DNA from: Octopus sinensis
Taxonomy: Eukaryota
Length of the DNA stretch: 64,000 bases
Assembly: GCF_006345805.1 (NCBI RefSeq)
Contig: NC_043000.1
Span: 140,492,001-140,556,000, forward strand
Direction: 5' to 3'
In this document: positions 13,385 to 26,745 of the stretch, piece by piece
Numbering within the stretch: position 1 is the first letter of the stretch
Layout of the letters: each line of letters opens with the position of its first letter
Made by a program: the position numbers and the translations under genes
The notes under the pieces: generated by a model
What the model was told of the DNA's origin: nothing
Databases searched by the model: none
What the model saw: only the letters and a program-made list of their open reading frames with translations

Positions 13385-13620
13385 GTGCATGGCTCAGTGT
13401 TTAGAACATCGGCCTCACTACCATGTGATAATGAGTTCGATTCCAAGACTGGGTTGTGTGTTGTGTTCTTGAGCAAGACACTTTATTTCACGTTATTCCA
13501 GTTCACTCAGCTGTAGAAATGAGTTGCAATGTCACTGGTGTCAAATTGTATTGGCCTTTGCTTTTTGCTTGGATAACATTGGTAGTATGAAGAGGGGAGG
13601 CTGGTATGCATTGGCGACTG
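13385..13620 (+). mobile_element. Diverged tRNA-derived SINE
   Basis: GGTGCATGGCTCAGTGTTTAGAACATCGG...GAGTTCGATTCC...GTGTTCTTGAGCAAGACACTT head; related element on the minus strand at ~41250-41540. Confidence 0.7.
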
Positions 13621-13989
13621 CCAGTCTTCCGTAAAAAATCTTGCCCAGACTTTGTGCCTTGAAGGATGACTTTCTAAGTACAAACCCATAGTCATTCTTG
13701 ACCAAAAGGAGTCTTTGCTCTTTGCCCTAATTATGGAGAACAGCACGTGGGAGAAAAGGCACAGAAAGGAAGTGATTGGTGGAAACAATAGGCAGAGAAG
13801 TATGATGGGAAATGGTAGTGGTTCAGGGTGAGGAATGAAGGTAACTGAGGAAGCATGGGGATGTAGTATGTGCTATTCTACTCTCAAGTGATAAAGAAGT
13901 GATGGGTGGTAGGGGATAAAATGTGGGAGGAAATAGGTGATGGAGCAGAGGATGAAGGTGGGGATTGGGAGGAGCCCCTCACAGAAGAG

Positions 13990-14640
13990 CATTACCAAGA
14001 TGATTTAAGAATATCAGTTCTGCTGTAGTGGATGGGTTTCTTGCATACAGCAAGATGCCAGATATCTTGATCCTTTGTCATCTCCTTTGTAAAGCTCAGC
14101 ATCATGAGATCAGACTTCAGTATTTCATCCCATGGCTTCCTGTGTCCCCTTCTTCCAAAACTAACTTTCTTCATATCAAACAAATCCAATTACCTGAAGT
14201 GGGTAGGGTCCTGTCTGTTTTCTTTTTTACTAGAACCTTTGTCTTTGTTAGATTAATCTTAAGGCCCTTCAATTTTAGGTTTTGCTTCCATGCCTGGAAT
14301 TCCTTTTCTAGTTCTGTTACAGAATCTGCTATGAGACTAAGATCATCAGCATATAGCAGTTCCTAGGGGCAGCTGGTCTTGAATTCTTCTGTTATAGCCT
14401 GGAGGATCATGATGAATAGGAGGGAACTGAGAATTGAGCCCTGATGAAAGCCTACCTATACACTAAATTCATCACTATATTTATGGTTAATTCTCACCTT
14501 ACTAATAAAATCTTTGTATGGCCTATTCATCCTTTACAAGCCACTTGTTAACCCCTAGTTCCCTGGCTCCCTCAGATCCCGCCATAGCATACAGAAGGGT
14601 TTTATATCAAAGGCTTTCTCCAGTCAACAAAGGCCAAGTT
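13990..14640 (-). mobile_element. Degenerate RTE-type LINE RT domain with internal deletion
   Basis: LEKAFD...VGFHQGSILSSLLFIMILQAITEEFKTSCP*ELLYADDLSLIADSVTELEKEFQAWKQNL...LKINLTKTKVL, then RGHRKPWDE; contains the YADD catalytic motif. Confidence 0.92.
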
Positions 14641-15628
14641 ATTCATTAGTTTTATGTCCGTTTTCTCATGCTAGAATAGATTAGATGTATTCAGATAGAT
14701 GTCCTTAACCCTAACATAGTTTTTCAAATAAGGAATTTCTTATTTTACTCATCTACGAAAGTGCAGAACCAAAAAACAATTTGTTGACAGGAGAAATAAC
14801 AAAACCATCACCACTTGGAGTTCAGGAGTTTTGGAGAACTGCAAATGTAAACAGGCACACACTCATCCACACATCTACACACACACACACACACATGCAT
14901 GTGCACACACACATACACACATGTATACATACATTCATACATCTGTAATAGGCTTCTTTTAGTTTTCATGAAATGCATCGGCTCACAACTTTTTAGCTAG
15001 CCTGGTGCTACAGTAGCATATATCCTCCCAAAGTGCTACACAGTGGAACTGAGTCAGAAACTATGTGGTTGGGAAACAGGCCTGCACTGTGTGTATGTGT
15101 GTATGTAAGTTTATTTATATGTGTGTATGTGTGAGTGTGTACTTGTAAAACAGACAGATAGATGAATCTATAGACGTAAAGAAGAATTCAATGTAAGGTA
15201 GCAATAAAGAAACAATAATAAAATTGAACAAGAAAGAAAGGAAGTGTAAGATGAGTGTAATTTTGCAGTTTTGCTGAAAAGGAGATATCATGTCCATATA
15301 TCTTGCAGACTCTCTGGGGATAAAGATTTTAATGAAATTGATATTTATCTCAAACTTTTGCAGGTCAGTTTTCGTCAGCAGAAAATATAGAGTCAGAGTT
15401 CTAAAGGAAAGCAACTCTGGAAGAAAGTGTAGGAAGGTATTTAGTATATGATATGAGGGTGACATTAGCAGAAGAAAGGTGGTTTCTATGAGTGTTACTT
15501 AGTTGATAACTTAACAGGTGTATATACTGTTTTACTAGTTAGCAAAACAGGAGAACCAACACATCTAGTAGTTGTGGCAAATTAGTGACAGGGAATTTGC
15601 CTGCTAGCAGATGGCTATTCTTTTGTTT

Positions 15629-16149
15629 CTAACCCCTTAGCATTCATTATACTCTGTCAAGTGTAATGCTTAGACACCTTTAGAGCATGATCGTTACCAA
15701 GCATCACCTTACTGGCACCTGTGCTGGTGGCATGTGTAAAAAGATTCAAGCGAGGTCATTGCCAGTACCGCCTGACTGACCCCCGTGCCGGTGGCACGTA
15801 AAAGCACCCACTACACTCTCGGAGTGGTTGGTGTTAGGAAGGGCATCCAGCTGTAGAAACTCTGCCAGATCAAGATTGAAGCCTAGTGCAGCCATCTGGT
15901 TCACCAGCCCTCAGTCAAATCGTCCAACTCATGCTAGCATGGAAAGGGGACATTAAACAATGATGATGATGATGATTGTTCTGAATTGATCATGCATTAT
16001 CTTATACCTTTGAGGTTTCAATGATGCGATTGTTTACTCTTAGCATGACATTATAGGGTAGGTGTGAGAGACCAGATTTAGCCAGTTTGAACATACAGCA
16101 GATAAAATATTTTGGCCACATATAGTCAGTTTAAATCCTAAAATGTTAA
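15629..16149. mobile_element. piggyBac-type MITE interrupted by a family D repeat (~15684-15975)
   Basis: Ends CTAACCCCTTAGCATT ... AATCCTAAAATGTTAA (degenerate TTAA-CCC inverted ends). The uninterrupted diverged copy at 21869-22095 joins both halves. Confidence 0.65.
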
Positions 16150-16421
16150 ATTTGGTCCTGAATGCATGTTTTCATAACAGACATAGAGCCAAAAATATGT
16201 GATCAAATCTCAAATGTTAGGTATTTTCTCTCTTACTTTTAAAGTATCAGGATCTATCAAAACTGAATTATTTTGTTGTTCTAGAGACTTTAACATTTTA
16301 AGTAAAGACTGGTGAAGTGATTATAAGCTCAAAGAGGTAAAAAGTAGTTTTCAGGTAAAACTAATTTGACCAGGTTTAACTTTGCTTGTCAACTATTTCA
16401 AAGTTGATAAAAGTACCAGTA

Positions 16422-16655
16422 AAAGGCAGCGAGCTGGCAGAAACATTAGCACGTTGGATGAAATGCTTAGTGGTATTTCGTCTGTCACTACGTTTTGAGT
16501 TCAAATTCCATTGAGGTCAACTTTACCTTTCATCCTTTTGGGGTTGATTAAATAAGTACCAGTTTTGACTGGGGTTGATATACTTGACTTAATCCGTTTG
16601 TCTGTCCTTGTTTGTCCCCTCTGTGTGTAGACCCTTGTGGGCAGTAAAGAAATAA
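16422..16655 (+). mobile_element. Family B SINE, full length
   Basis: Head, core and GTAAAGAAATA tail; degenerate TSD AAGTA(C/T)CAGTAA. Confidence 0.9.
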
Positions 16656-17799
16656 GAAGTATCAGTAATAAGTTAGGGTCATACCAACTAATTATTTATA
16701 ACACCAAAACTATAGAGGATTTTTGTCTAGGCAAAACAATAACCATATATAGAAACAAAGGGAAATTTTTTTTACCAAACTGTTAAATTATTTAAACTAA
16801 AATTCTTAAAAAGAGGGAAAAAAGCAATAAACCAAAACAATTTCCAAATATTTGATAAAATAAATGATGCAAAATTTTAATTATATTAGGATCATCTTGT
16901 TTTGTTTTGCTAAAAATTTCCCATTTTAATTTCATTTTTACTTTTCATATAATTAAATGATAAGAAAAAAAATGAGTTGCTGGTATTTTACAAAATTTGA
17001 CTAAATAGGATGTTATATACTTTCACCAATATTTTTCTCTTATCACATTGAAATAATGCTAGCCAAGAAAATAAATATCTCAGATAATATCATCTAATGA
17101 AAATTGTATTCAAAATTTGAAAATTCTAATTATTTCATTTTTGCTTTTTAATCATTTGTATCCGACCCAACATAATGAATTCCTAGAAGTTGCTTCAATA
17201 TTTCTAATTCATTTACATGATGTGTATTTATTTTATTCCTTTTTCTATAATATTGGAAGAACGATCTCATTACCTGTTAACATTATGGAAGAGAGTTGAA
17301 AAAAAACTTTTAAAATTTGCATTAGTAACTAATTGGAACCATTAATATTAGTTTCTAGTAATTATGAGAACTTCATTATGCATCTTATAAAAAAACTTTA
17401 CTACATATTATTAACTTGGGAGAGAAACGTAGCTAATACAGTACCTAATGGTATTTAGTTATCCCTCTTTATATTCCAAGATATGTATATGTATGTGTGA
17501 GCATAGATACTATATATATGTATATATCTGTGGCTCATTGAGAAAATGTTTACTTTCAGCATTTTGCCTGAAAGAATTGATTGTAAATATTGTTATTTAT
17601 AAACATTCTCTGACAAAATATCACGCACTTTCAAAGACAAGTGGAATTAAAAAATGTCCCTCACTTGAAAAACAAGTAGGAAGTCAAAAATTTCTAATAT
17701 ATGGTTTCAAATCCAATGGGAAGCCTTCAACTTTTTCCATTCAAGAGTTTTTCTTTCCCCAATATTTTACATGCTATTATTTGGAGTTTTCTTAAGATG

Positions 17800-18440
17800 A
17801 CAAGCTGGCAGAATCATTAGCAAGCTAAGCAAAATGCTAAGCAGCATTTTATGTCTTTCACATTCGAATGTCATCGTTACCAGCATTGCCTTACTGGCAC
17901 TTGAGCCTCATGCTAGTAGGGTGCTAAGAGCACCATCCAAGCATGATCGTTGCCAGAGTGGATAACTGGCCCTTGTGTCGGTGGCACATAAAAGGCACCA
18001 TTCGAGCGTAATTGTTACCAGCATTGCCTTACCAGCAACAGTGCCGGTGGCATGTGTAAAAAGATTCGAGCAAGGTCGTTGCCAGTACCGCCTGACTGGC
18101 CCCCGTGCTGGTGGCACATAAAAGCACCCACTACACTCTCGGAGTGGTTGGCGTTAGGAAGGGCAACAAGCTGTAGAAACTCTGCAGCCATCTGGTTCAC
18201 CAGCCCTCAGTCAAATCGTCCAACCCATGCTAGCATGGAAAGCAGACGTTAAACGATGATGATGATGACATTCTGAGTTCAAATTCTACTGAGAGTGGTT
18301 TTTGCCTTTCATTTTTTTGGAGTCAAATAAGTACCTGTTGAGTATTAGGTGGGAGTGTGGGTGGGGGAGCTGTCAATGGAAATGACTTACTCCGCCCTCC
18401 TAAAATGATGGCCCTGTGCCAAAATTTGAAATTATTATTT
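17800..18440 (+). mobile_element. Short family B SINE split by a family D repeat (~17870-18269)
   Basis: The B head stops at ...TTTCACATTC and resumes at ACATTCTGAGTTCAAATTC after the (GAT)n tail. The D copy has internal tandem subrepeats. Confidence 0.8.
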
Positions 18441-19004
18441 ATAGCTTTATCTACTTCAAGATCCATGTCAAAAATGATTTCTTATATCTCTAGAAGTTTC
18501 TAAATCTTTATTATGTAAACAACATACAATTCACTCTAGTACGAAATAAGCCTCTAAAATGGATGGAAATATTAGATGGTTTGCTTTGGTAAAATTGTAG
18601 AATGTCTGTCATTTAAAACCTAATAGGCAGTTTTGATGTGTTCACCATAAGGGGGTTTTAGTTCAATATTTTACATGATACTATTTATCATTTTATATAA
18701 AGCACTGAGCTGACAGAATCATTAGCGCACTGCACAAAATGATTAGTAACAATTTGTCTGGCTTTACATTCACAGTTCAAATTTGACCAAGATCAGTTCT
18801 AGCTTTCCTCCTTTCAGAACCAATAAGTTCCAGATGACCATTGAAGTTTATGTAATTGACTAGCTCTCTCTCCTTAATTTCAGGCATTTTACCTATAGTA
18901 GAAAGGATTATCTATTGCTTTATTTAAAACTATTTATTTCTGTATGAGTGTATAATTATGTATGAATGCAGAATTGTGCTTGTATAACTTATATACATCT
19001 CTCT

Positions 19005-19270
19005 CTTTTAGTCTTTACTCTTTTACTTGTTTCAGTCATTTGATTGCAGCCATGCCGGAGCACCACCTTTAGTCAAGCAAATCGACCCTAGGACTTATTC
19101 TTTGTAAGCCTAGTATTTATTCTATCGGTCTGTTTTGCCGAACCACTAAGTTACAGGGACGTAAACACACCAGCATTGGTTGTCAAGCAATGCTGGAGGG
19201 GGACAAACACCAACACACAAACATATACACACACACATGAATGCATACATACATATACACATACACATGA

Positions 19271-19301
<31 letters not shown>

Positions 19302-19465
19302 CAATGGGCTTCTTTCAGTTTCCGCCTGCCAAATCCACTCACAAGGCATTGGTCGGCCCGAGGCTATAGTAGAAGACACTTGCCCAAGGTGCCACGCAGT
19401 GGGACTGAACCTGGAACCATGTGGATGGTAAGTCAGCTACTTACCACACAGCCACTCCTATGCCT
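19005..19465 (-). mobile_element. Family A SINE
   Basis: Full reverse-complement copy of the family A sequence. Confidence 0.9.
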
Positions 19466-19559
19466 ATATGTACACACAGTTGTATTTACATGCATGTGTC
19501 TACATGATCAGTGCAGCTGTGTGCATGTGTTTGCATGAGTGTATTGCTGTACTCAAGAA

Positions 19560-19905
19560 AACCCATATGCCACTGCAGAAGTGTTAAGACTGGTGCCTCT
19601 GGTGGTGAAAAGCATTTGTGGTGGTGCCATGTAAGAGCATCCAAGTGAAGCTATGTAAAAGCACCTGTGTGATGTCACGTAAAAGTGCCTGAGTGGCACC
19701 ACATAAAAGTGCCTGTGCAGTGCTATGTAAAAGCACCTGTGCATGTAGAAGCACACAATACAGTTGGTGTTAGGAAGGAAATCATGCCAAACCAGAGTGG
19801 TGTCTGATGCAGCTTCCCAGCTCTGATCAAACCATCCAACCAATGCCAATATAGACAACAGACAGAGGGGGAGGATGAGGATGATGATGATGATGATGAT
19901 GATGT
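19560..19905 (+). mobile_element. Family D-related repeat with internal ~23-bp subrepeats
   Basis: Repeated GTG...ATGTAAAAG(C/T)(A/G)CC units, GTTGGTGTTAGGAAGG, ends in (GAT)n. Confidence 0.6.
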
Positions 19906-20884
19906 TTCCTTGTCTTTACCTTCTCTTCTGAACGTTTTCCTAATCAGCTGATGTTTCTTTACTTTTTCATCGTTTGAACATTTCTTTTCTTTCCACAAAT
20001 ATTTCTTACTTCTTCCATGTTCTCCCTTACATACTCCCTTTTTTTTTACTGTTGCCACAATTTTTCTTCATTCTCCCTATTTTAAATCTATTTATTCAGC
20101 AACGTATTTCATCTCTCTCCCTCACAAAAAGTACTACCTGAATCATTAAAATATATCTTCTTCCTGCTGGCATTAAATCTGTTCCATTATTTGAATTCTT
20201 TATATTATTTAAAGATCGCATTGATAAAGCAAACTAAATAAAATTGTTCTCAAAATTTGTTCTAATTTTATATGTTTAGGAAAAGGCATTGTATCTCCCC
20301 ACCAAAAACGAAAGATAAAGAAATTATCAAAATATCTTACATGATATATTTTCATAGCTCTGTATTTTGACGTCATATCTTCCTGTAACTGACTTGGCTG
20401 CCATACTTCCTTGGTTAAAATAATAAGTAGCACCCATGCACAAGTACTGATTCTATCAAGTAGGTACTTTGCTAAAACAATATTCTGTTATTTGGTTATG
20501 TCCCTTAACATTTTGAGTTCAAATCTCACCTAAGTTCACTACACCTTTCATCCCCTCTCTCTCTTTCGGAGAGGCACTGAGCAGCTACACGCACACATAC
20601 ACACACGGCAGTAACTTCTACTTACTGAACTCAATCACAAAGCTCCGGTCGGCTCGGGGCTATAGTGAAAGACACCTACCCAAAGTGCCACGCAATGGGA
20701 CTGAACCCGAAACCACGTAGCTAAGAAGCAAGCTCCATAACCACACAGCCATGCCCGCGCCTATCAGAGGTAAATAATATAAATGCTAGAGCTGATGTTA
20801 TCAATTGTAAAATGCATTGCAATATGCTGTACCACAATGGAGGAAGCCAGTAAAATAACAAAAAAATTACTTCGTTGAATTTAT

Positions 20885-21135
20885 CATCATCATCGTTTAA
20901 TGTCTGTTTTCCATGCTAGCGCGGGTTGGATGGTTCAACCAGGGTCTGGGAAGCCAGGAGGCTGCGCCAGGCTCCAGTCTGATCTGGCAGTGTTTCTACA
21001 GCTGGATGCCCTTCCTAATGCCAACCACTCCGTGAGTGTAGTTGGCGCTTTTTATGTGCCACCGGCACAGGGGCTAGAGGAGGCTAGCAAACGGTCACGA
21101 TCGGTTGGTGCTTTTTACGTGCCACTGGCACGGGT
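20885..21135 (-). mobile_element. Family D repeat
   Basis: CATCATCGTTTAATGTCTGTTTTCCATGCTAGC...GGATGCCCTTCCTAATGCCAACCACTCC. Confidence 0.88.
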
Positions 21136-21678
21136 ATCATAGCTACAATTTCCATTTGATTTTTATTTTGATGATGATGTTAGACAAATGTTTTAATTCT
21201 TAAAGGCTTAAATAGTTCTGTAGTTTTTGGTTTTAAATTAGGTATTTTAGATAATAAAAAATAATAGAGCCCTTTTTGTCTCTCAGATAGTTCAGGAGGG
21301 TTTGTGAAGGCTATGGGCAATATTCCTTTCTCCTAACTTATTAAAACAAAACCTCAATATTATTATATTAATGATAAATGTTTAAATGGTATTATGACAA
21401 AATGTCATGTCCAAAAGGGCCAACAATGACTTCTTGGGATCTTATCAATGATGCAAGTTTGATACATTGGAATGGTTTTCATCTACTTTCTCTGCAGTCA
21501 TGAGAGGATTTGTGCCATAGAAGCGAGGAGAAATACTGCAAAGCAGTTTGTCTGATGTTTAATGATTCAACCAATCAACTAACCTTAAATCAGATTAATT
21601 ATTATTGATCTAATGGTTTTCTTTCACTAGCTGAAGTACGATATTAATTAAGTAGATTTTTCTTCCCTCAACATTATG

Positions 21679-21860
21679 TACAACGGGGTGCTGAAAAGTT
21701 CCTGGCTTTGTGTAAAAGAAAATACAGGAGGATCAGTTTAATTATGATTTTATTCAACATACTCCCCTCTCAGATTTGCACACCTATTGCAGTGATCTTT
21801 TAGCTTTTATAAGCCCTGTAAAAGGATTTAGAATGTTGGGTTTCTAATCAGGCCTTTTGT
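21679..21860 (-). mobile_element. Mariner 3' end (TIR + transposase C-terminus)
   Basis: TA + CAACGGGGTGCTGAAAAGTTCCTGG TIR-like end; minus strand encodes HCNRCANLRGEYVE*, like the mariner RW.KC...GEYVE terminus. Confidence 0.75.
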
Positions 21861-21868
21861 GATACCAA

Positions 21869-22095
21869 TAACTCTTTAGCACATAGATTATGCTATCAAA
21901 TGCAATGCTTAATTGTTCACATTGTTTTGAAGTGATCGTGCATTATTTTTCAGCTTCAAGATTTCAATGATGTGATTGTTTCCTTTTTAAAAAAACATTG
22001 TATGGCAGGTGGAAGAATGCAGATCTGGCTGGTTTGAATATATATACCATAGAAAATATTTGGACCTGATATGGCCAGTTTAAATACAAAAGAAC
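21869..22095. mobile_element. Diverged piggyBac-type MITE
   Basis: Colinear with both halves of 15629-16149. Confidence 0.6.
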
Positions 22096-22199
22096 TTTTC
22101 AGCACCTCTTTGTAGAATGACATCAAGTTGACTATTAATAAAATAAGTTCATTTTGCTCTTTGAGAATAACAAAAGTATGTATCAAGATGAATTAGTAT

Positions 22200-22615
22200 A
22201 CTCTCTCTTTACTCTTTTACTTGTTTCAGTCATTTGACTGCGACCATGCTGGAGCACTGCCTTTAGTCGAGCAAATCAACCCTGGGACTTATTCTTTGTA
22301 AGCCCAGTACTTATTCTATCGGTCTCTTTTGCTGAACCACTAGGTTACGGGGATGTAAACACACCAGCATCGGTTGTCAAGCAATGCTAGGGGGACAAAC
22401 ACACACACACAAACACACATATATATATACATATATATATACATATATACGACAGGCTTCTTTCAGTTTCCGTCTACCAAATCCACTCACAAGGCATTGG
22501 TCGGCCCGGGGCTATAGCAGAAGACACTTGCCCAAGATGCCACGCAGTGGGACTGAACCCGGAACCATGTGGTTGGTAAGCAAGCTACTTACCACACAGC
22601 CACTCCTGCGCCTAT
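22200..22615 (-). mobile_element. Family A SINE
   Basis: Full reverse-complement copy. Confidence 0.92.
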
Positions 22616-22904
22616 ATTCCTTATTGCCATGTAACAATTACTAAAAGTACTAAAAGAAAGCAATTATTAAAGGGTTGACCACCTAGAAATTGTTTTACAA
22701 ATTCATATTCTAAGAAATTTCCTATAATTTCTATTTCTCAGGTTTCTTGAATGTTTTAAACTCCATTTTCTCGCAAATTAAAATATTCACTGTCCAATTC
22801 AGAAATTTAAATATTCATAGTATTCACTTCAGAGTATTCCATCCTCATTTGCAAAATCTCTCACTTTCTCTTTTAAGTTTTCATTTGCTATTTGGAAAGC
22901 CAAC

Positions 22905-23115
22905 AGTTTATTCTGTTAATATATACTTAAATATATTATTTATTATTCTGTTAATTTATACATAATATATTATTTATTATTCTATTAATATATACGTAAT
23001 ATATTATTTATTGTTCTATTAATTTATACATAATATATTACTTATTATGTTATTAATGTATACGTAATATATTATTTATTATTCTATTAGTGTATGTGTA
23101 ATATATCATTTATTA
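22905..23115. repeat. AT-rich 34-bp minisatellite, ~6 copies
   Basis: The TTCT(A/G)TTAAT anchor (TGTTATTAAT at 23048) recurs at 22911, 22946, 22980, 23014, 23048 and 23082. Confidence 0.9.
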
Positions 23116-23214
23116 AATGAAAAATTTTTAATTACCCATATAATTTTTGAACGCGAGATGGCTGTGAGAAGACCCTAGAAAGTTGGGTAATAACTATTCT
23201 TTTCTACTCTAGGC

Positions 23215-23410
23215 ACAAGGCCCGAAATCTTAGGGTGGAGGCCCAGTCGATTAGATCAACTCCAGTACACAACTGGTACTTAATTTATCGACCCCGAAAG
23301 TATGAAAGGCAAAATCGACCTTTGTGGAATTTGAACTCAGAACATAAAGACAGACAAAATACCACTAAGCATTTCACCCAGCGTGCTAACATTTCTGCCA
23401 GCTCACCCCC
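23215..23410 (-). mobile_element. Short family B SINE
   Basis: AACTGGTACTTAATTTATCGACCCCGAAAG.ATGAAAGGCAAA...TTTCTGCCAGCTCACC. Confidence 0.85.
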
Positions 23411-24707
23411 TTTAGGCAATAACTATTAGAAGACAAGGAGAAAAATGCTACCAACAAGTACTCGAAACTTGCACTTTATTCACAGTTTCCAAACACTCTG
23501 TACCACTAAGCCAGTGTATACAGAAACAAGTAGGACAAGTGACTTCAACAGTGACACACTTGTGCACACACATAGATACACATACACACAAATGAAAGGC
23601 AATGAATGTGTATGTGTGTGTGTGCTATTCACTGACAAACTCTGCATTCCTTTGGCGAAGTTTTGTCATGAAGATATCACGGTCTCAAAACGAAGAAAAT
23701 ATTTTGACACAAATGAAATTTTAATGTTGAAGTGAAACAGGCACTGGATCTTTACCTTTTGACTGACAGATTTAAAAAATAATTTTTTGTAACTAAACAC
23801 TTTCAAACTTCGGACACTGGTAGAATGTGTCATATAAAATATCTTTTACTCTTAGCGTTTTTGAGAAAAACTTATATTTATGAAGTTATTTCACTTTAAA
23901 TTTGTTGTATTTCGGTAATTTCAACCAATCAATGACGTGTATTCAGCTGAATGAAATTACTGCTGTTGGTTGTCAACAAGAACTTCCGGCGGTGTATATT
24001 TCGTTTGTCCTGGGGTCGATTTGTTCGACTAAAGGCGGTGCTCTAGCATGGCCGCAGTCAAATGACTGAAACAAGTAAAAGAAAGGGTAGTAGAAAACCG
24101 CCCGGAAGGCAGTCTTTCTGCTAGTATATAATAAATATTGTAGAGTGTTTGTCATTATTATATAACCAGCTCTAATTGCACATTAGGAAGCCTAGTATGA
24201 AAATTAGAGCCAGTCATGTAAAAATAATGAACACTCTACAATATCTATTACGTATATACTTGCAATAGAGAATATACTTTAAAAACATGCAATGCATTGT
24301 TAATAGCAGGTTTTGAACTTATCATATTTATGAAATTATCATATTTATGAAGTCATGTAGAGCTTTTACACAAGTAGTTTACTCCAAGGTTTGGCAACCA
24401 TTGGCAAAATATATTTAAAAGAAAATATTATGAAAGTACTTCAGATTCTAATTTATATTACTAATTTTTATCAATATAGAAATGTTGTAATACATGCATA
24501 CACATGCATGCAAGCACATGTACGCATACATACACGCACATACATACACACAATCATCCCCACCACAAACACACACACATACATACAGGGAGTTACAGTA
24601 GGGAATTGCAACAGGGAGTTGCAGAATGAAATCACCTCATTTTTGCTGCATATGTGTTGCTAGACATACACTAATGATATATTTTTATAGACTATATATA
24701 ATTTTAC

Positions 24708-25007
24708 GTGGAGGCCCAGTGATTAGGGCAGCGGACTTGCGGTCGGAGGATCGCGGTTTCGATTCTCAGACTGGGCGTTGTGTGTGTTTATTGAGCGAAA
24801 AACACCTAAAATAGCTCCACGAGGCTCCGGCAGGGGGTGGTGATCCCTGCTGTACTCTTTTACCACTCTTTCTCCTACTCTTTCTTCTGTTGGCCTGCTC
24901 GCTTAGCCAGCAGGGTGGCGTCATTCGAAGGCTAAAACAATGCAAACACATTGTGACCAGCGATGTGTAGCAACATCTGATGGTCTGGTCGGTCACGTAA
25001 TCACGTA
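24708..25007 (+). mobile_element. Family C SINE (tail type 2), 12-bp TSD
   Basis: TSD ATATAATTTTAC at 24696-24707 and 25008-25019. Confidence 0.92.
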
Positions 25008-26299
25008 ATATAATTTTACAAGAGGACACTTATTTACTCAAAGCTGAACGAGGTTTAATGGAATCTCAAAACTTTCATTGCCAATCTCAAACATTTTCTC
25101 AAAGAGTTTTAATCAGGAAAATTTATTTTAAAACAAGACAAAATAGATATCTTTATATATAATTAACTCATTTACTCTATAGTATATTGAGTAATTTAAA
25201 GTTCTGAGTGGTTACATAATGTTAATTAATTTCACTTTCTCAATTTCTTTTATTTATTTATTCATTTATTTATCTATTTATGTGTTGTTTCTTTGTGATT
25301 GAACACAGTTTTGTAACTTTGGCTATTTGTATTGGAATTAGTGGAGCATAAACTTTTACTCTTCTTAATTTTAACCATTCAACTGAATATTTGTTTAGTT
25401 GCTAGACAAACTGAAGCAAATAGAGTGAAATACCTCAGAATATTTCTAAGTTTGGTCAAGCAAAGCTGATTGGTGCTACACAGAAAGCAACAACAATATA
25501 ATACACTTGAGAAGGGTTGAAATCTATCTATGATTAATAAAGGTAATAAAATTTAGTAGAAGTAAAAGCCTTGCTATAAATCACAATTTATAAACGTATT
25601 TTGTCCTCATACCTCTTATATCAAAGTTAGAAGACGATGCATTGCTAATCAGTGTGGTGACAATTGACAGCTGAAACAACAACATTACCACTATTATTAT
25701 ACTAAACTTAATCTTGAGTATCATTCTTAGCTTATAATACAATTAGCTGCATAATAAGCATGGTTATTGCTGTATAATCTACCAACCCCTGTTACTTTTC
25801 TGTTCTAGTTTTAACAATTCTGCTTCTGATTAAGCCTGCAAATTTCAGGTTGTATTGATCTGCAAATTCAAGGCATTAGTTTCAAATCTTATAATCTTAC
25901 ATTAAAAAAAAAAATCATGTCAGGTGATTCATATTTTTTTGTGAAGTATATTCTTCAACAAATTTCTATCAGCCAATTAAATATAATATCATAATAAAAC
26001 AGAAATAATCGTATAAATAAATGTTCTGAAGACAAATAAAAATAATTATATATACGAACGACATACGACAAATTCTAGGATAATATCTAATTAAGGAAAC
26101 ATTAGAAATGTAAATACTGTAAAATCAAATGAATATTGATAAGTACCAATCCATTGTGTTCATTAAGAATTTCAACTGTTTGGTATTATTAAAATTTGAA
26201 ATACAGTGGGTATTATGGAATAAGAAGATTATTCTAAACCAAAGCTGCAATCTAGCTTGAATTTCTGGGTGAAGCATTTTCATCTTTAGTTTTAATATT

Positions 26300-26745
26300 G
26301 GCTTCAAATATTGGCACAAGGTGAGCAAAGATGATTACATAGAACCCAGTGCTCAACTAGTACTTGTTTCATCAGCCTCAAAAGGATGAAAGGTGAAGTT
26401 GACCTCAGAGGATTTGAATTCAGAATGTAATGATATTTAAAATGCCACTAAGCATCTTGCAGGCATGCTAATGAAGCTGCCAGCTCACTGTCTTACATTT
26501 CTCTTTGTTATATTAATCATCATTAAAGCAGTGAGCTAGTAGAAACATTAGTCCATTGGGCAAAATGCTTAGCAGCATTTTGTCCGTCCTGATGTTCTGA
26601 AATCAAATTCTGCCAGGGTTGACTTTGCCGTTCATCCTTTGAGGGTCGATAACATATGTACCAGTTGAGTACTGGGGGTGATGTAATCGACTTACCCCTT
26701 CCCCCAAGATTGCTGGCCTTGTGCCAAAATTTGAAACCAATATTA
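26300..26745. mobile_element. Head-to-head pair of short family B SINEs (minus ~26300-26495, plus ~26525-26745)
   Basis: Same head and core on opposite strands, ~30 bp apart. Confidence 0.8.

Noticed and set aside
15269-15363. Exon-like segment (ttgcag|...LSGDKDFNEIDIYLKLLQ|gtcagt)
   Set aside because: Good splice signals, but no recognisable homology and no partner exons; such matches are expected by chance in 64 kb. RNA-seq would decide.
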